A program made the position numbers and the translations under genes. The notes below the pieces were generated by a model, which worked only from the letters and a program-made list of their open reading frames with translations, did not search any database and was not told the origin of the DNA. 64,000 nucleotides of DNA from Alphaproteobacteria bacterium (lineage in GTDB: Bacteria > Pseudomonadota > Alphaproteobacteria > Bin95), in contig OZ219785.1 of NCBI GenBank assembly GCA_964291285.2, positions 352,001 to 416,000 on the forward strand, read 5' to 3'. Positions 49,402 through 61,663 of the stretch are shown here, one piece after another. Every line of letters begins with the position of its first letter. The stretch's first letter is position 1.

Positions 49402-50014
49402 ACTGTTCTTCGACGTCGTCCTGAGCCCCCTCGAAACGCAGGCTCTCCCGCTGGGCGCGGCGCATCTGGGCTGCTTCCCGTTCGTCCTCGTCGCGCATGA
49501 TCGACGGCGCCAGATCGAGCAGATCCATGAAGAAATCGGCCTGCCGGCGCAGGTCGTCGGAGACCATGGGCGGCTGGCTCTTCATCGTGCTGACCACGGT
49601 CACGCGCACGCCGCGCCGCTGCAGCGCCTCCACGAGGCGGCGGAAATCGCCGTCGCCGGAGAACAGCACGATATGCTCCAGATGGTCGGCCATCTCCATG
49701 GCATCGACGGCGAGCTCTATATCCATGTTTCCCTTGATTTTCCGGCGGCCCATGGCGTCGGTGAACTCGCGCGCCGGCTTGGTGACCATGGTGAAGCCGT
49801 TATAATCGAGCCAGTCCACCAGCGGGCGGATCGGCGAATAGTCCTGGTCCTCGATCAGCGCGGTGTAATAGAAGGCGCGGATGAGCCGCCCGCGCTTCGA
49901 GAAGTAGTCGAGCATCCGCTTGTAATCGATATTGATGTTCAGGCCGCGCGCGGCCGCGTAAAGATTCGCGCCGTCGATGAACAGCGCGGTGCGTTCTTCC
50001 ATATAGGTCCGCAT
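49391..50014 (-). CDS. NYN domain protein (LabA/DUF88)
   Basis: FIDGANLY, KGNMDIELAVD, SGDGDF. Confidence 0.92.
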   Translation of the reverse strand: MRTYMEERTALFIDGANLYAAARGLNINIDYKRMLDYFSKRGRLIRAFYYTALIEDQDYSPIRPLVDWLDYNGFTMVTKPAREFTDAMGRRKIKGNMDIELAVDAMEMADHLEHIVLFSGDGDFRRLVEALQRRGVRVTVVSTMKSQPPMVSDDLRRQADFFMDLLDLAPSIMRDEDEREAAQMRRAQRESLRFEGAQDDVEEQYGA

Positions 50015-50119
50015 GGAAAGGCTCCGAAAAAGAGGCGGCCGCCCGAACAGTCGGCGGCCCGACGACATGGTAGGTTCAGCCTAGGGGAGACGCAGCCGCG
50101 CGACAAGGGGCCGCCGGGC

Positions 50120-50614
50120 ATGATTCTCATCGGATTGGGGGCAAACCTGCCGTCGCGGGAGCATGGGCCGCCGCAGGCGACGCTCGCCGCGGCGCTGGAC
50201 GCGCTCGCGGCGCGGGGCGCCAGGACCCTGCGCCGTTCGCCCTGGTACGAGAGCGCGCCCGTGCCGCCGAGCGGCCAGCCCTGGTATGTCAATGCCGTGG
50301 CGGAGGTGGAGAGCCGGCTCTCGCCGGAGGCGCTGCTGGCGGCGCTGCTCGATGTCGAGGCGGGTTTCGGCAGGACCCGGGGCGCCCGCAACGCGCCGCG
50401 CACGGTCGATCTCGACCTCCTGGATCATGGCGGCCTGGTGACGGGGCCGGACGAGAAGCCCGAGCTGCCCCATCCCCGCCTGCACGAGCGCGCCTTCGTG
50501 CTGCTGCCACTGCGCGACATCGCGCCCGGCTGGCGCCATCCGGCCTCGGGCCGGACGGTGGAGGCGCTGATCGGGGCCCTCGGTCCGCCCGGTCCGGTCC
50601 GGCGGCTGCCATGA
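50120..50614 (+). CDS. folK: 2-amino-4-hydroxy-6-hydroxymethyldihydropteridine diphosphokinase
   Basis: IGLGANL, PRTVDLDLL, LPHPRLHERAFVL. Confidence 0.93.
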   Translation: MILIGLGANLPSREHGPPQATLAAALDALAARGARTLRRSPWYESAPVPPSGQPWYVNAVAEVESRLSPEALLAALLDVEAGFGRTRGARNAPRTVDLDLLDHGGLVTGPDEKPELPHPRLHERAFVLLPLRDIAPGWRHPASGRTVEALIGALGPPGPVRRLP

Positions 50615-50805
50615 CGACCGGCCGCGACCCGGCGGCGCGGCCGACGAAAGGCGTTGCCGCGCCTCCGGCATTGGGTTAGAATCGCAGCCTCTTCAGCCCT
50701 CGCCCGCCGCCCGGCGGGAGTTTCGGCCCCTTCCCCTCGCGTTCGAATCTTCCGCCTTTGCGGGCGAGCCGGCTTTCAACATCAACGGATGGACGGTCCG
50801 AGGTC

Positions 50806-52107
<1,302 letters not shown>

Positions 52108-52123
52108 GCGCCGGGAGGCCGCG

Positions 52124-52468
52124 ATGGAGCCCGGACCGGCCGCAATCCGGGGAGAAGACGAACGCCGGGCGGAGCGCGCCCTGCTCCGTCTCGCCGGCCG
52201 CTATATCTGGTGGAAGACGCCGGAAGACGCGGCCCGCTACCCCGACCGCGTGCTGGCCCAGGTGATGGACATCGGCACCTTCGAGGACTGCCGCGCCATG
52301 AGGGCGGCCTTCGGCGACGAGCGGCTCCGCAGCGTCATGCGGTGCGCCGAGCCCGGCTGGTTCCGCGCCCGGAGCTGGGCCTTCTGGCAGGCGGCGCTCG
52401 GCATCGACGCCGGCCCCCGCCCCGTCCGCCGCAAACTCCCGCCCGCCCCCTGGGAACGCAGGGCATGA
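52124..52468 (+). CDS. Putative antitoxin of an AbiEii-type nucleotidyltransferase pair
   Basis: YIWW...RVLAQVMDIGTFED...GWF..RSWAFW pattern recalled from genes upstream of AbiEii toxins. Confidence 0.6.
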   Translation: MEPGPAAIRGEDERRAERALLRLAGRYIWWKTPEDAARYPDRVLAQVMDIGTFEDCRAMRAAFGDERLRSVMRCAEPGWFRARSWAFWQAALGIDAGPRPVRRKLPPAPWERRA

Positions 52469-52512
52469 CCGCCTTCGCGCCGCGCACGGATATCCTGCCC
52501 CCGGCGCATCGG
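52465..52512 (+). pseudogene. Truncated start of an AbiEii-like nucleotidyltransferase toxin
   Basis: ATGA-coupled MTAFAPRTDILPPAHR followed by an abrupt switch to AT-rich non-coding sequence. Confidence 0.5.
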
Positions 52513-52774
52513 TTCTCATTTTCAGGATTTATTTCCATAAAAAGCTTGCAAACGGCCCGAAGCCGCCCTATATTCGGCAGCGTGGCAGGAGCCGAACGCG
52601 AGAGCATGACCTGGACCTGAGACCGGCGGCGGACCGTCCGCCCCGCGCGATGATCGGAACCCGCAAGGGAGACAACCGCACCCGGGGAGTGGACGGGACG
52701 GGTGCGCCCGTCCGCACGAGTCCGGCAAAAAATATCGGGCAGATTGGATACGCCGGCGCGGCAGGCAGCAGGTA

Positions 52775-53194
52775 TCAGCCGCCCTGCGCGCCGGATTTGC
52801 AGTAGCCGCGCCCATCCGGCGGCTGGGGCGCCGTCCGGGGGCGGCGGCCCCGTTTCCGTCTGAAGCCGTGGCGCTTGAGGAAACTCTGCACCGTGCCGTA
52901 GCTGAAGACCAGCCCCCGCTCGCCGAGAGCCGCCCGCAGCGCCTCGATGGGAATGTCCGGGTTCTCCTCCAGCAGGCCGAGGACGGTGTCGCGCTCCTCT
53001 TCTATATACACGGGGCGGCGGTTTCCGCCCGGCCTTTTCGGCCGCGGATGGCCCTGCTCGCGTTCCAGGCGGCGCCAGCGCACGATGCTGGCCAGGCCGA
53101 CATCGAATGTCTCCGCCGCCGCCCTGTAGGTCATGCCTCCCGCCAGGGCTGCAAGCACGCGGGTCCGCAGTTCGACGGGAAGCGCTCTCGCCAT
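52775..53194 (-). CDS. Stand-alone IS630-OrfA-like HTH protein (no DDE domain)
   Basis: ELRTRVLAA..G.TYRAAAETFDVG..SIVRW; PDI...LRAAL..RG..FS..TV..FLKRHG..RK; GGAGG RBS. Confidence 0.72.
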   Translation of the reverse strand: MARALPVELRTRVLAALAGGMTYRAAAETFDVGLASIVRWRRLEREQGHPRPKRPGGNRRPVYIEEERDTVLGLLEENPDIPIEALRAALGERGLVFSYGTVQSFLKRHGFRRKRGRRPRTAPQPPDGRGYCKSGAQGG

Positions 53195-53224
53195 ATCCGC
53201 CGGACCTCCCCGGCCGGCAGGTGG

Positions 53225-53253
53225 AGAATAGAACAAAAAGAGGATATTGTAAA
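53225..53253 (-). promoter_or_regulatory. Promoter with imperfect LexA-like box in the spacer
   Basis: TTTACA-17-TATTCT; GAAC-N7-GGAT at 53231-53245. Confidence 0.5.
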
Positions 53254-53532
53254 TACGACTCTGGCCGGCCGAAACGACCGGCCCCGCAAGAGCTGCCGGA
53301 CGCGGGCGCGTACCCCGTTTCACCGGCTGTCTTGACAACCATCTTGTTGCCAACAAATTCGTTGGGAGTTGTACGATGCTGCGACTCGCGTCAGACATAG
53401 GACCATGCCCCGTCTTTCTCTGCTTCGTCCCCTTGACCAGCCTCCTGGTGCGCGTCGGCTTCTGCAGGACCTGAAGAACGCCTTGGGCGATGATCGGCTC
53501 TCCAGTTTCAAACTTGTCGTCGCGTACGCTAA

Positions 53533-54463
53533 GAGCCTGACCCAAAAAGAGTTGAGCGGTTTCAAGGGATTGTGATTCAGTTCGGTTATGCATCTGAACG
53601 GAGCCACGAATGCCCTGGACCGAAACCGCTCGCCGGGAGTATCGGCGGGACTGCCCACGATATGCAAGCGATCTGACCGACGCTGAGTGGTCTCTGATCG
53701 AGCCCTTCATGCCGTTGCCCTGCCGTATCGGTCGCCCGCGCCAGACCGATCTGCGCGAGGTCGTAAATGCGGTGCTGTATATGGCCACGACCGGTTGTCA
53801 GTGGCGCCAGCTGCCGAAGGACTTTCCGCCGGTCTCGACGGTGCAGCGCTATTTCTACGAGTGGCGCGACAACAGGCTGTGGCAGACGATCCGGTTCCAC
53901 CTGGCCGTGCAGGCGCGCGAACGCGAGGGGCGCGAGGCCCAGCCGAGCGCGGGCGTGATCGACAGCCAGACGGTGAAAACCACGGAGGCAGGCGGGGTTA
54001 GCGGCTATGACGCCGGCAAGAAGGTCAAAGGGCGCAAGCGCCACGCTGTCGTCGACACCATCGGCATGCTCTTCGGCCTCGTCGTACATGCCGCCGACGT
54101 TCAGGACCGCGACGGCGCCCCGGCCGTGCTGAAATCCATCCGCCACGCCTGCCCCTGGCTGCGTCATCTGTTCGCCGATGGCGGATATGCCGGGCCGAAA
54201 CTGCGCGGCGCCCTCGACAGGATCGGCAAGTGGACGCTCGAAATCGTCAAACGCTCCGACACCGCCAACGGCTTCGAAGTCCTCCCCGGACGATGGGTCG
54301 TCGAACGCACCTTCGCATGGCTCGGGCGCTGCCGCAGGCTGGCAAAAGACTGGGAAAAATCCATCGCCTCAAGCGAAGCATGGATCAACATCGCCCATAT
54401 CCGGCTCACAACACGCCGACTCGCAAGGCCTTGAAAAACTTCAGCGAGTTTCGAGTCAGGCTC
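53533..54463 (+). mobile_element. IS5 family (IS1031-like subgroup) element; transposase 53610-54434
   Basis: TIRs GAGCCTGACCC / GAGTCAGGCTC, TAA duplication; YASDLTDAEW, IDSQTVKT, ADGGY, RWVVERTFAW. Confidence 0.93.
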
Positions 54464-55340
54464 TAAGAGCGGGCCATTGCATCGCCTGCGGGAGCAACTC
54501 GTCTTGTGGCGCGGCCTCGGGAAGCGGGCCGAGGCTATACTCGGCATCGATCAACAAGGAACGAGCAGAGAAGCCTTATCGCTCGCGCTGGCTTTGTTCG
54601 ATTCGGTATACGTCACGCAAGCACCCGGCGTCACCTTCCATCCAAAGCTTTACCTGTTCAGGGGCGACTATTTCGCACGTGCGCTAGTTGGCTCTAACAA
54701 CCTTACCGTTGGTGGGACCGAGAAGAACTTCGAAGCCGCTATCGACATCGAACTAGATTTACCGGAAGATGCCGACACTCTCGCCACGTTAGAATCCAGT
54801 TGGACGGAATTGCTTCCATCGTCGTGCCCGGCCACTCGGCTCTTGACTCCCGAGCTTCTCGAAAGGCTTGTCCACGATGGCCTCGTGATTCCCGAGAAGT
54901 CCATGCAGGCAAATGCCGGACAGGATGCGCGGCTGGGGCGAAGTCGGTTAGCGACCCCCACCGGGTTCCACATTCTACCGGAGAGTCCACTGCCCAAAGA
55001 GTTGCTTCCCGCAGAGCTACTGCCAATCAGTGGTACACTCGGGACCGGAACGAGCGTCCGCGGATTCGCTATTCAAATCAAACCACATCGCAACGGCGAG
55101 ATATTCCTCAGCCGCACAGCCGTGTTGCAGAACCCCGACTTCTTCGGATGGCCGTTCACAGGTCAGACCACTCCGAAGAAGCCGGGAAACCCATCCTATC
55201 CCCAACTCGAACCCGATCCCATCGTCAACATCGCCGTGTTCGGCGGCAATCCGACACCCATCCTCATACTCGACTCCTACCCGCTGAACACTGTCCACTA
55301 CGCCCCGAGGAGCGAAATTCGTGTTACAGCATCGCAGTTA

Positions 55341-55472
55341 TACCAACGGTCGTTGATTGGAACCTATAGCAGAGCCTCCCTCCGCAGCTCGCCCCCTGAG
55401 CCGAGGCCTCCTACTGCAAGAGGTAATCTCCGCCGAGAGAGGCTAATCGGTTCTTATCTGTGGCCGGTGGTA
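55341..55472. mobile_element. 132-bp MITE inserted in frame
   Basis: Imperfect 24-bp TIRs TACCAACGGTCGTTGATTGGAACC / GGTTCTTATCTGTGGCCGGTGGTA; TTA duplication. Confidence 0.8.
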
Positions 55473-55648
55473 TTAGTCGGGCTGGTGCCCGACTACTCCG
55501 TCATGATCATGGAGCCATCCGTAACGCCCGGCGTGGCCTACGAGATTACCGTGCATACGCCTACAAGCCCTGAGTACGCTGGATGGGTTGATGCCTGCAA
55601 TCAAACGATGCCGAGCGGCGGCAAAACACCTCGGAAATTCGGTTGGTT

Positions 55649-58600
55649 CTAGCCTTTCTCGAACACGATGATCTGGTTTTTCGTGATCGCATTCCTTATG
55701 TGCTTGAGGTTATCCTTCGTCACGTCAACATCGATTCTCTGTGTATCGCGCAAGCCTACCTGCTCGCCGATACGCCCGATGCTCTCGGTCGTCTCGATAG
55801 AGACCCAACTCCCGCCGGCTTTCGTTCGGCTGTTCCCGACGACATAGAACGCCTTGCCGCCGGGGCGAAGCACCCGCGCGATCTGCTCGAGGTTTCGCTT
55901 CATGTCGACGAAGTAGCGCCAGAGGAGCGCCGCCATGTTCGCGCGACGAAAGCCTACTTCCGACGATAGGTTCGCATGGTAGATGTCCCGTATAGAGGTC
56001 ACCACCTCTGACGGAAGAAGTTCCGTCGCTGCATCTTCCAAAAGAAGGGCTTCGGCTTCTTCCTTGGACCCGCGCCTGATTTCCCGGGAGCCGGTGAGGT
56101 TTTCCTCAATGCCAGCCCGCATCGCCGCAGGCATACCCAATATCGCCAACAACGATAGGCGGTCCGTGTCTATGTACGGCAGGGCAGTCGCATACGGTGG
56201 GCTTGTGATCACGCAGTCTATGCTAGCTGCGCCCAGTCCTAGGCCCTGTGGACGGATTTGATCAAGATGAAGGCAGCGGCGAGTGCGACGAAGGAGCTGA
56301 AGTTTGTGGCGGTCTTTTCGCAGCGCAGGGCGATGCGTTTGAAGCGTTTGAGCTTGCCGACGGCCTGTTCGATGCGCGCCCGTCCTCTGTAGAGCGCGCT
56401 TGCGAAGCGCTTTGGCCTGTTTTTGATGTTCTTCCGGTAGGGAATGACGGTCAGGGCGCCTCTTTTCCGGGCGAGTTGGCGGTTTCCGGCGCTGTCGTAG
56501 CCCTTGTCGGCGACGATGGCGCGGGGCCGGACATCGGGGCCGATGTCCATCAGGGTCTCGAAATGCGGACTGTCGGCAGCCTCGCCGCCGGTCAGGTCGA
56601 AGGCGATCGGCAGGCCGTCGAAATCCGTCTTCAGGTGGATTTTGGTGCTGAAACCGCCCCGCGAGCGTCCAAGCGCCTGACCCTGCTGCCCCCTTTTGCG
56701 CCGGCCGCCGATACATGCGCGCGGGTCACGGTCGAATCGAACATCTGAACCAGGTGCGCCGTGCTGCTCAAATCCGCCAGCGTGGCGAAAAAGTCCTCGA
56801 ACACCCCTGAACGGCTCAGACGGTGAAAACGCCGCCATACCGTATTCCAGTGCCCGAACCGCTCCGGCAGCGCCCGCCAGGTGATGTTGTGAACCGCAAA
56901 GAAGTGCAGCGCCTCCAGAAACAGACGGTCGTCCTTCGCCTTCGCACCCCGCCTCGGAAGGCAAAGCCGGAAAACCTCCAGCGCAACCTCCCAGTCTCCA
57001 TTCGTCATCTTCGTCGACATCAAAGAAACCCCCGAATCGCCGACGCCTCATGATTCAGACAAATCCTCGCACGGGAATCCCTGAACACGCTCCTGAGTCA
57101 ATACGTCCACAGGGCCTAGTGAATCCATCGACTCAGCTGTTCGGGAGTCGCCCTGCATGACCGTCGGCGCCGTCAGACGACCGGGCTGACGGCCAGCGAT
57201 GGACCAATATTTTTGAAGGCGAATATGCTGCTGCTCCAGTCGTTCCTCGAACATTTCCAGAATAGGCGCGTCTGCCAATGGTGACTTCCGTCTACGAATC
57301 CGAAGATCAGTCGGATCTTGATGGGAAACGTCACGGATCAAGCTGCTGACGATTACCTCAAAGAAGTCCACCAATGTCTGCGTTCCCAAGAGGCGAGCTT
57401 GGGCCAGAAGCCAATTCAGCTTGTACAGCACAGGCGGCGGGAACCATCGAAGTAGTTCTTCATGGGTCGCGACTTCGAATTGGTCGAGCGCCTCCGGAAG
57501 AACGCCGCGCCGGTGCGATACGCGATCCATTACCGCCCTTATGGCAAGGTCGACAACGTCTTTGGGTACCGTGAGCACGGCCGTCTTCGCATGTGCAATC
57601 TTGGCGGCCAAGGGGTTGAAGTCACAGCCATAGGCTGTGTATCCGTTCAGCATCCCCTCAAGAAGCGTCGTGCCCGAGCCGCAGTAGGGGTCCAGAACCG
57701 AGCCCCCAACCGGAACGCCGGAGCAGTTCAACAGCGACTTCACCAGCTGTGGATAGAACTTCCCCTTGAACGCATGAATTCCGTGCGTCGCGTACTTCGG
57801 GTCCTTGCGTCTTGCAGGGTCTCCATCGCCGTTCTCTAGCGCTCGCTGCCAAGTCGCTTGAGGGTTGCCGTTGCCATCACCGAGAATATAGTCACGGGTG
57901 AACGTAAGCCGCCGTAGTTGCCACAATGCCGGTTGCCTGAGCGGCAAAACGATGGGCCTTCCGGTTCCGCTCTCGTCGATCGATTGTCCTGTAAGGCTCT
58001 CTATCTCTTGGACCCTTAATTTGTTTTCGTAAGGCCACATCCGATAGGTTGGAGGGTTGAGATACGCTGCAATAGGCTTGTTCGGCTTCCGCATTACCAC
58101 GATCTGCTCGGACCTCGCGCGCCTCGCTGGCTTGGCGAATGACCGCTTTGTGCGATGGATTGGTCGGTCTATAACCCCGATCATATCGAGACCGGCCTCT
58201 TGACCAGCTTCGGCGATCGCGTCCGACGTTGAGAAACTTTCTCCTTTGAAGATTGCATCCCCAACAACAAACACCGCATAGCGCCCTGGCACCAGCACCT
58301 TGGCGCATCCATCCATAGCATGCGCCATGTCATCCCTATACTCATCGAACCCGGTCGCGTTTCTCTGGTGCCGCAAGTGCGATCCGATCTCGATCTTTCC
58401 CAGCGCCTTCGGATCGAAACCAAGCCAGAACAGACGAAATCGGTGATAGAGGTGGTAGTCGGTCGCGTTAGGATACGGCGGTGACGTCACGACCAAATCA
58501 ACACTGTTTTCTCCAACGTCCTTCGGCAGATCGTATCTGCTGTCACCCACCAAATAGTGTGCGTCTGCGAACTGTAGATCTAACGCGGCCTTCTCTAAAC

Positions 58601-59441
58601 GGCGGGAAACAGCCTTGAGTGACTCCAGATATGCCCGCAGTGCGATCGTCGGCGTGAGTGACTTAACAACCGATACGTAACGGGTCTCAGACTCTTGGTT
58701 AGAGATTCGAATAATAACCCGCGACAGCGCAAGGTATGCCGCATCTCGGGCTAAGCCGGCTGTTGTCTGTTCGATCAGGTGTCTGATGAGGCAGAGTTCA
58801 CCGATCACGTAGTCATTGAACCATTTGACTATGTTAGGTATGTCGGGCAAGTACTTGGCATACTGGGACATCAGATGCGTTACCCAATGCCCGCGGTGAG
58901 TGCTAAAATTTATGATGTGTCCGTCTATTGCGGCGCAGAGTTGGTCGATATCCGTACGTACGCTGGTCGCCATGAAGCCAGTCTTCACCCGGCCGATCAA
59001 CGCGGACAGGGGGTTTGCATCGAACGAAATTGCCCTACGCCCCAACCGAACGGCCTCCACGGCCGTTGTTCCGCTCCCGCCGAAAGGATCTAAAACGACA
59101 TCACCTGGCATGGATAGGCGCGCAATGAGGTGAGCAGGAATCTGCGGGATAAATTTGGCCGGATACGGATGAAGGTTGTGCGTCAGGTAACGTGTGTCGT
59201 CCTCCGTGAACGACCAGTCGCGAGACGACAGAGAGCCGAAAACTCTCTCCGGCTCCTGTAGGTCATCGGCATTCTCGATCTCGTGCGGCCTTTGCGGCCC
59301 ATCTTGCGCTTCGCGCGGAAACGCTGTGACCACCTGTTCCTCGAACCAGTCGGTCAGCGTAGTGCCTTGAAGCGACGCCGCCTCTATGATTGCTGACTTC
59401 CTCTCGTCAGAGGTCTCCAGCACGATGCGCGCTCTGCTCAT
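55649..59441 (-). pseudogene. Fused double amino-methyltransferase (two SPPY domains) interrupted by IS5
   Basis: HPYPAKF/DPFGGSGT/VTSPPY and HAFKGKF/DPYCGSGT/ITSPPY; rejoins as MDSLGLGAASIDCVITSPPY, 971 aa. Confidence 0.88.
56243..57115 (-). mobile_element. IS5 family (IS427-like subgroup) element with frameshifted OrfA/OrfB
   Basis: TIRs GCCCTGTGGACG / CGTCCACAGGGC flanked by CTAG; AAAAGGGGG slippery site ~56689-56697; LGRSRGGFSTKIH, ADKGYDS. Confidence 0.92.
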
Positions 59442-59850
59442 ATGCTTCTGATCCAATGTACAATTCTAAAGTAAGATTACTTGCTTTCTACAGTCTGCGC
59501 AAGAATCGGTGCCAAAACACACACGCGGTCCTGTAGCTCCTGCCTGTCTAGCCCTGAGGACTGCCCGACTACGGGGCCTTCGGAGCGGAGCTTGATCCGT
59601 CCTGCAGCCCCGCTTTCCGCTTTTCTCCGGCGGCGCAACATGCTACGGGCTGCGCGAGGCGCGGGGCCGACTTCCCCGGGATCGCGCCGGGGAGCCGTTA
59701 CCGTCTCGGCTGCGGTCCCTCCGTCCCGGCCCGCCGGCCTTGCCATCGCCTCGCGGCGGCTGTAGGGTCCGCCGCCATGAGCCCACGGACCCGTATCTGC
59801 GTTTCACGACGCCGCGCCTGCATGTAGGCGGTCGCGGGCTCATTCACTAG

Positions 59851-60421
59851 GTCCTGTGGACGGATTTGATCAAGATGAAGGCAGCGGCGAGTGCGACGAA
59901 GGAGCTGAAGTTTGTGGCGGTCTTTTCGCAGCGCAGGGCGATGCGTTTGAAGCGTTTGAGCTTGCCGACGGCCTGTTCGATGCGCGCCCGTCCTCTGTAG
60001 AGCGCGCTTGCGAAGCGCTTTGGCCTGTTTTTGATGTTCTTCCGGTAGGGAATGACGGTCAGGGCGCCTCTTTTCCGGGCGAGTTGGCGGTTTCCGGCGC
60101 TGTCATAGCCCTTGTCGGCGACGATGGCGCGGGGCCGGACATCGGGGCCGATGTCCATCAGGGTCTCGAAATGCGGACTGTCGGCTGCCTCGCCGCCGGT
60201 CAGGTCGAAGGCGATCGGCAGGCCGTCGAAATCGGTCTTCAGGTGGATTTTGGTGCTGAAACCGCCCCGCGAGCGTCCAAGCGCCTGACCCTGCTGCCCC
60301 CTTTTGCGCCGGCCGCCGATACATGCGCGCGGGTCACGGTCGAATCGAACATCTGAACCAGGTGCGCCGTGCTGCTCAAATCCGCCAGCGTGGCGAAAAA
60401 GTCCTCGAACACCCCTGAACG
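59851..60421 (-). mobile_element. Truncated second copy of the IS427-like element
   Basis: Near-identical to 56243-56813 with a few SNPs; preceded by CTAG; identity stops at ...ACCCCTGAACG. Confidence 0.9.
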
Positions 60422-60538
60422 CACCGGTGGGTGCTAACTATCTGACGCAGCGTTGTTTTTTCTCCGGAAATGCAGCGGTCGGGGAAGCGGGTCGCAAGGG
60501 CCCGTTCCCCGCCTGCAATCGGAGCCGGGAGAAACGCA

Positions 60539-61663
60539 ATGGCGAAGACTACCCTCACCGAGGCGCGCGTGAAGGCGCTCAAGCCCCGCAGGTCGGTCCG
60601 CGAGGTCCGCGACGGCAGGCTCAGGGGGTTCGGCGTCCGTGTGTTGCCCTCGGGCCGCAAGCAGTTCTTCATCCACTGCCAGCATCGCGGCGAGCGTATC
60701 TGGAAGATCGTCGGCGACGCCGGGTCGATGAGCGTCACGGACGCGCGGGCGGCGGCTGCGGAGATGCTCACCGCCATCAGGCGCGGCGGGGAGGCGCCGC
60801 CTGCGCCGGACGAAACGGTCTTCGAGGCCGTCGCCGAAACCGTGTTCGAGCGCCATGAGCGCCTCTGGAAAGCCGGAACGCTCGCTGTCAACCGCAGCTA
60901 TCTTCGCTGCCGGATCCTGCCGCATTTCGCCGGGCGTCCGGTTGCCGCCATCGACCGGCAGGAGGTAAGGAACTGGTTCGCCCGCCTGCGCGCGGTGCCG
61001 GTGGCGGCCGACCGGTCGATGCCGGTGCTGTCCGTCATCATGAGGGAGGCGGAGGCCATGGGCCTGCGCCCGGAGGGGTCCAACCCCTGCCGGGGCATCC
61101 GCCGCTACCGCCGCAAGGGCCGTGAGCGGTTCCTCCCGGACGAGGAAATCCGCCGCCTGTCCGGGAGGCTCAAGGCGCACGAGGCCCGCTGGCCGCAGCA
61201 TGTCGCCGCCATCCGCCTGCTGCTGCTGACCGGCTGCCGCAAGGGCGAGATCCTCACCCTGCAATGGTCCGACTACCGCGAAGGCCGCCTGTTCCTGCGC
61301 GATTCCAAAACGGGGCCGAGGACCGTCTGGTTGTCGGAGCCGGCCCGGACGGTGCTTGATGGTCTCGAGCGGAAGGGGCGGTGGATATTCCCGGCATCCC
61401 GGGGCGACCGGCCCCGGAGCGGGTGCTGGCTGGACTACTTCTGGCGCAGGGTCCGCGCCGAGGCGCACCTGGAGGACGCCCGCCTTCACGACCTGCGTCA
61501 TACGCATGCGAGCCTTGCCCTCAGGCAGGGCGAGACGGTGCTCGCCATCGGCCGGCTGCTGGGCCACCGCAGGCCGGAAACCACGCTGAAATACACCCAT
61601 GTCGCCGACGCCATGGTGCAGGACGCAGCCGAGACCGTCGGTGCCGCGCTGGAGGCAGGCTGA
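60539..61663 (+). CDS. Tyrosine integrase with N-terminal arm-binding domain
   Basis: GFGVRVLPSGRK; TGCRKGE, SKTG, HDLRH, LLGH, LKY. Confidence 0.92.
   Translation: MAKTTLTEARVKALKPRRSVREVRDGRLRGFGVRVLPSGRKQFFIHCQHRGERIWKIVGDAGSMSVTDARAAAAEMLTAIRRGGEAPPAPDETVFEAVAETVFERHERLWKAGTLAVNRSYLRCRILPHFAGRPVAAIDRQEVRNWFARLRAVPVAADRSMPVLSVIMREAEAMGLRPEGSNPCRGIRRYRRKGRERFLPDEEIRRLSGRLKAHEARWPQHVAAIRLLLLTGCRKGEILTLQWSDYREGRLFLRDSKTGPRTVWLSEPARTVLDGLERKGRWIFPASRGDRPRSGCWLDYFWRRVRAEAHLEDARLHDLRHTHASLALRQGETVLAIGRLLGHRRPETTLKYTHVADAMVQDAAETVGAALEAG

Larger units (their letters stand above)
53405..55652 (+). pseudogene. PLD-family (HKD) restriction endonuclease interrupted by IS5 and a MITE
   Basis: Rejoined ...VVAYAKSGPLHRL...FHPKLYLF...VGSNNLT...; 392 aa after removing both insertions. 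Confidence 0.85.

Noticed and set aside
52605-52630. SRP RNA (TCAGGTCC on the minus strand)
   Set aside because: Lacks the following GGAAGGAAGCAGC domain IV motif
59477-59746. 89-aa minus-strand ORF
   Set aside because: Crosses a GC boundary and a hairpin region; no motif or clear RBS
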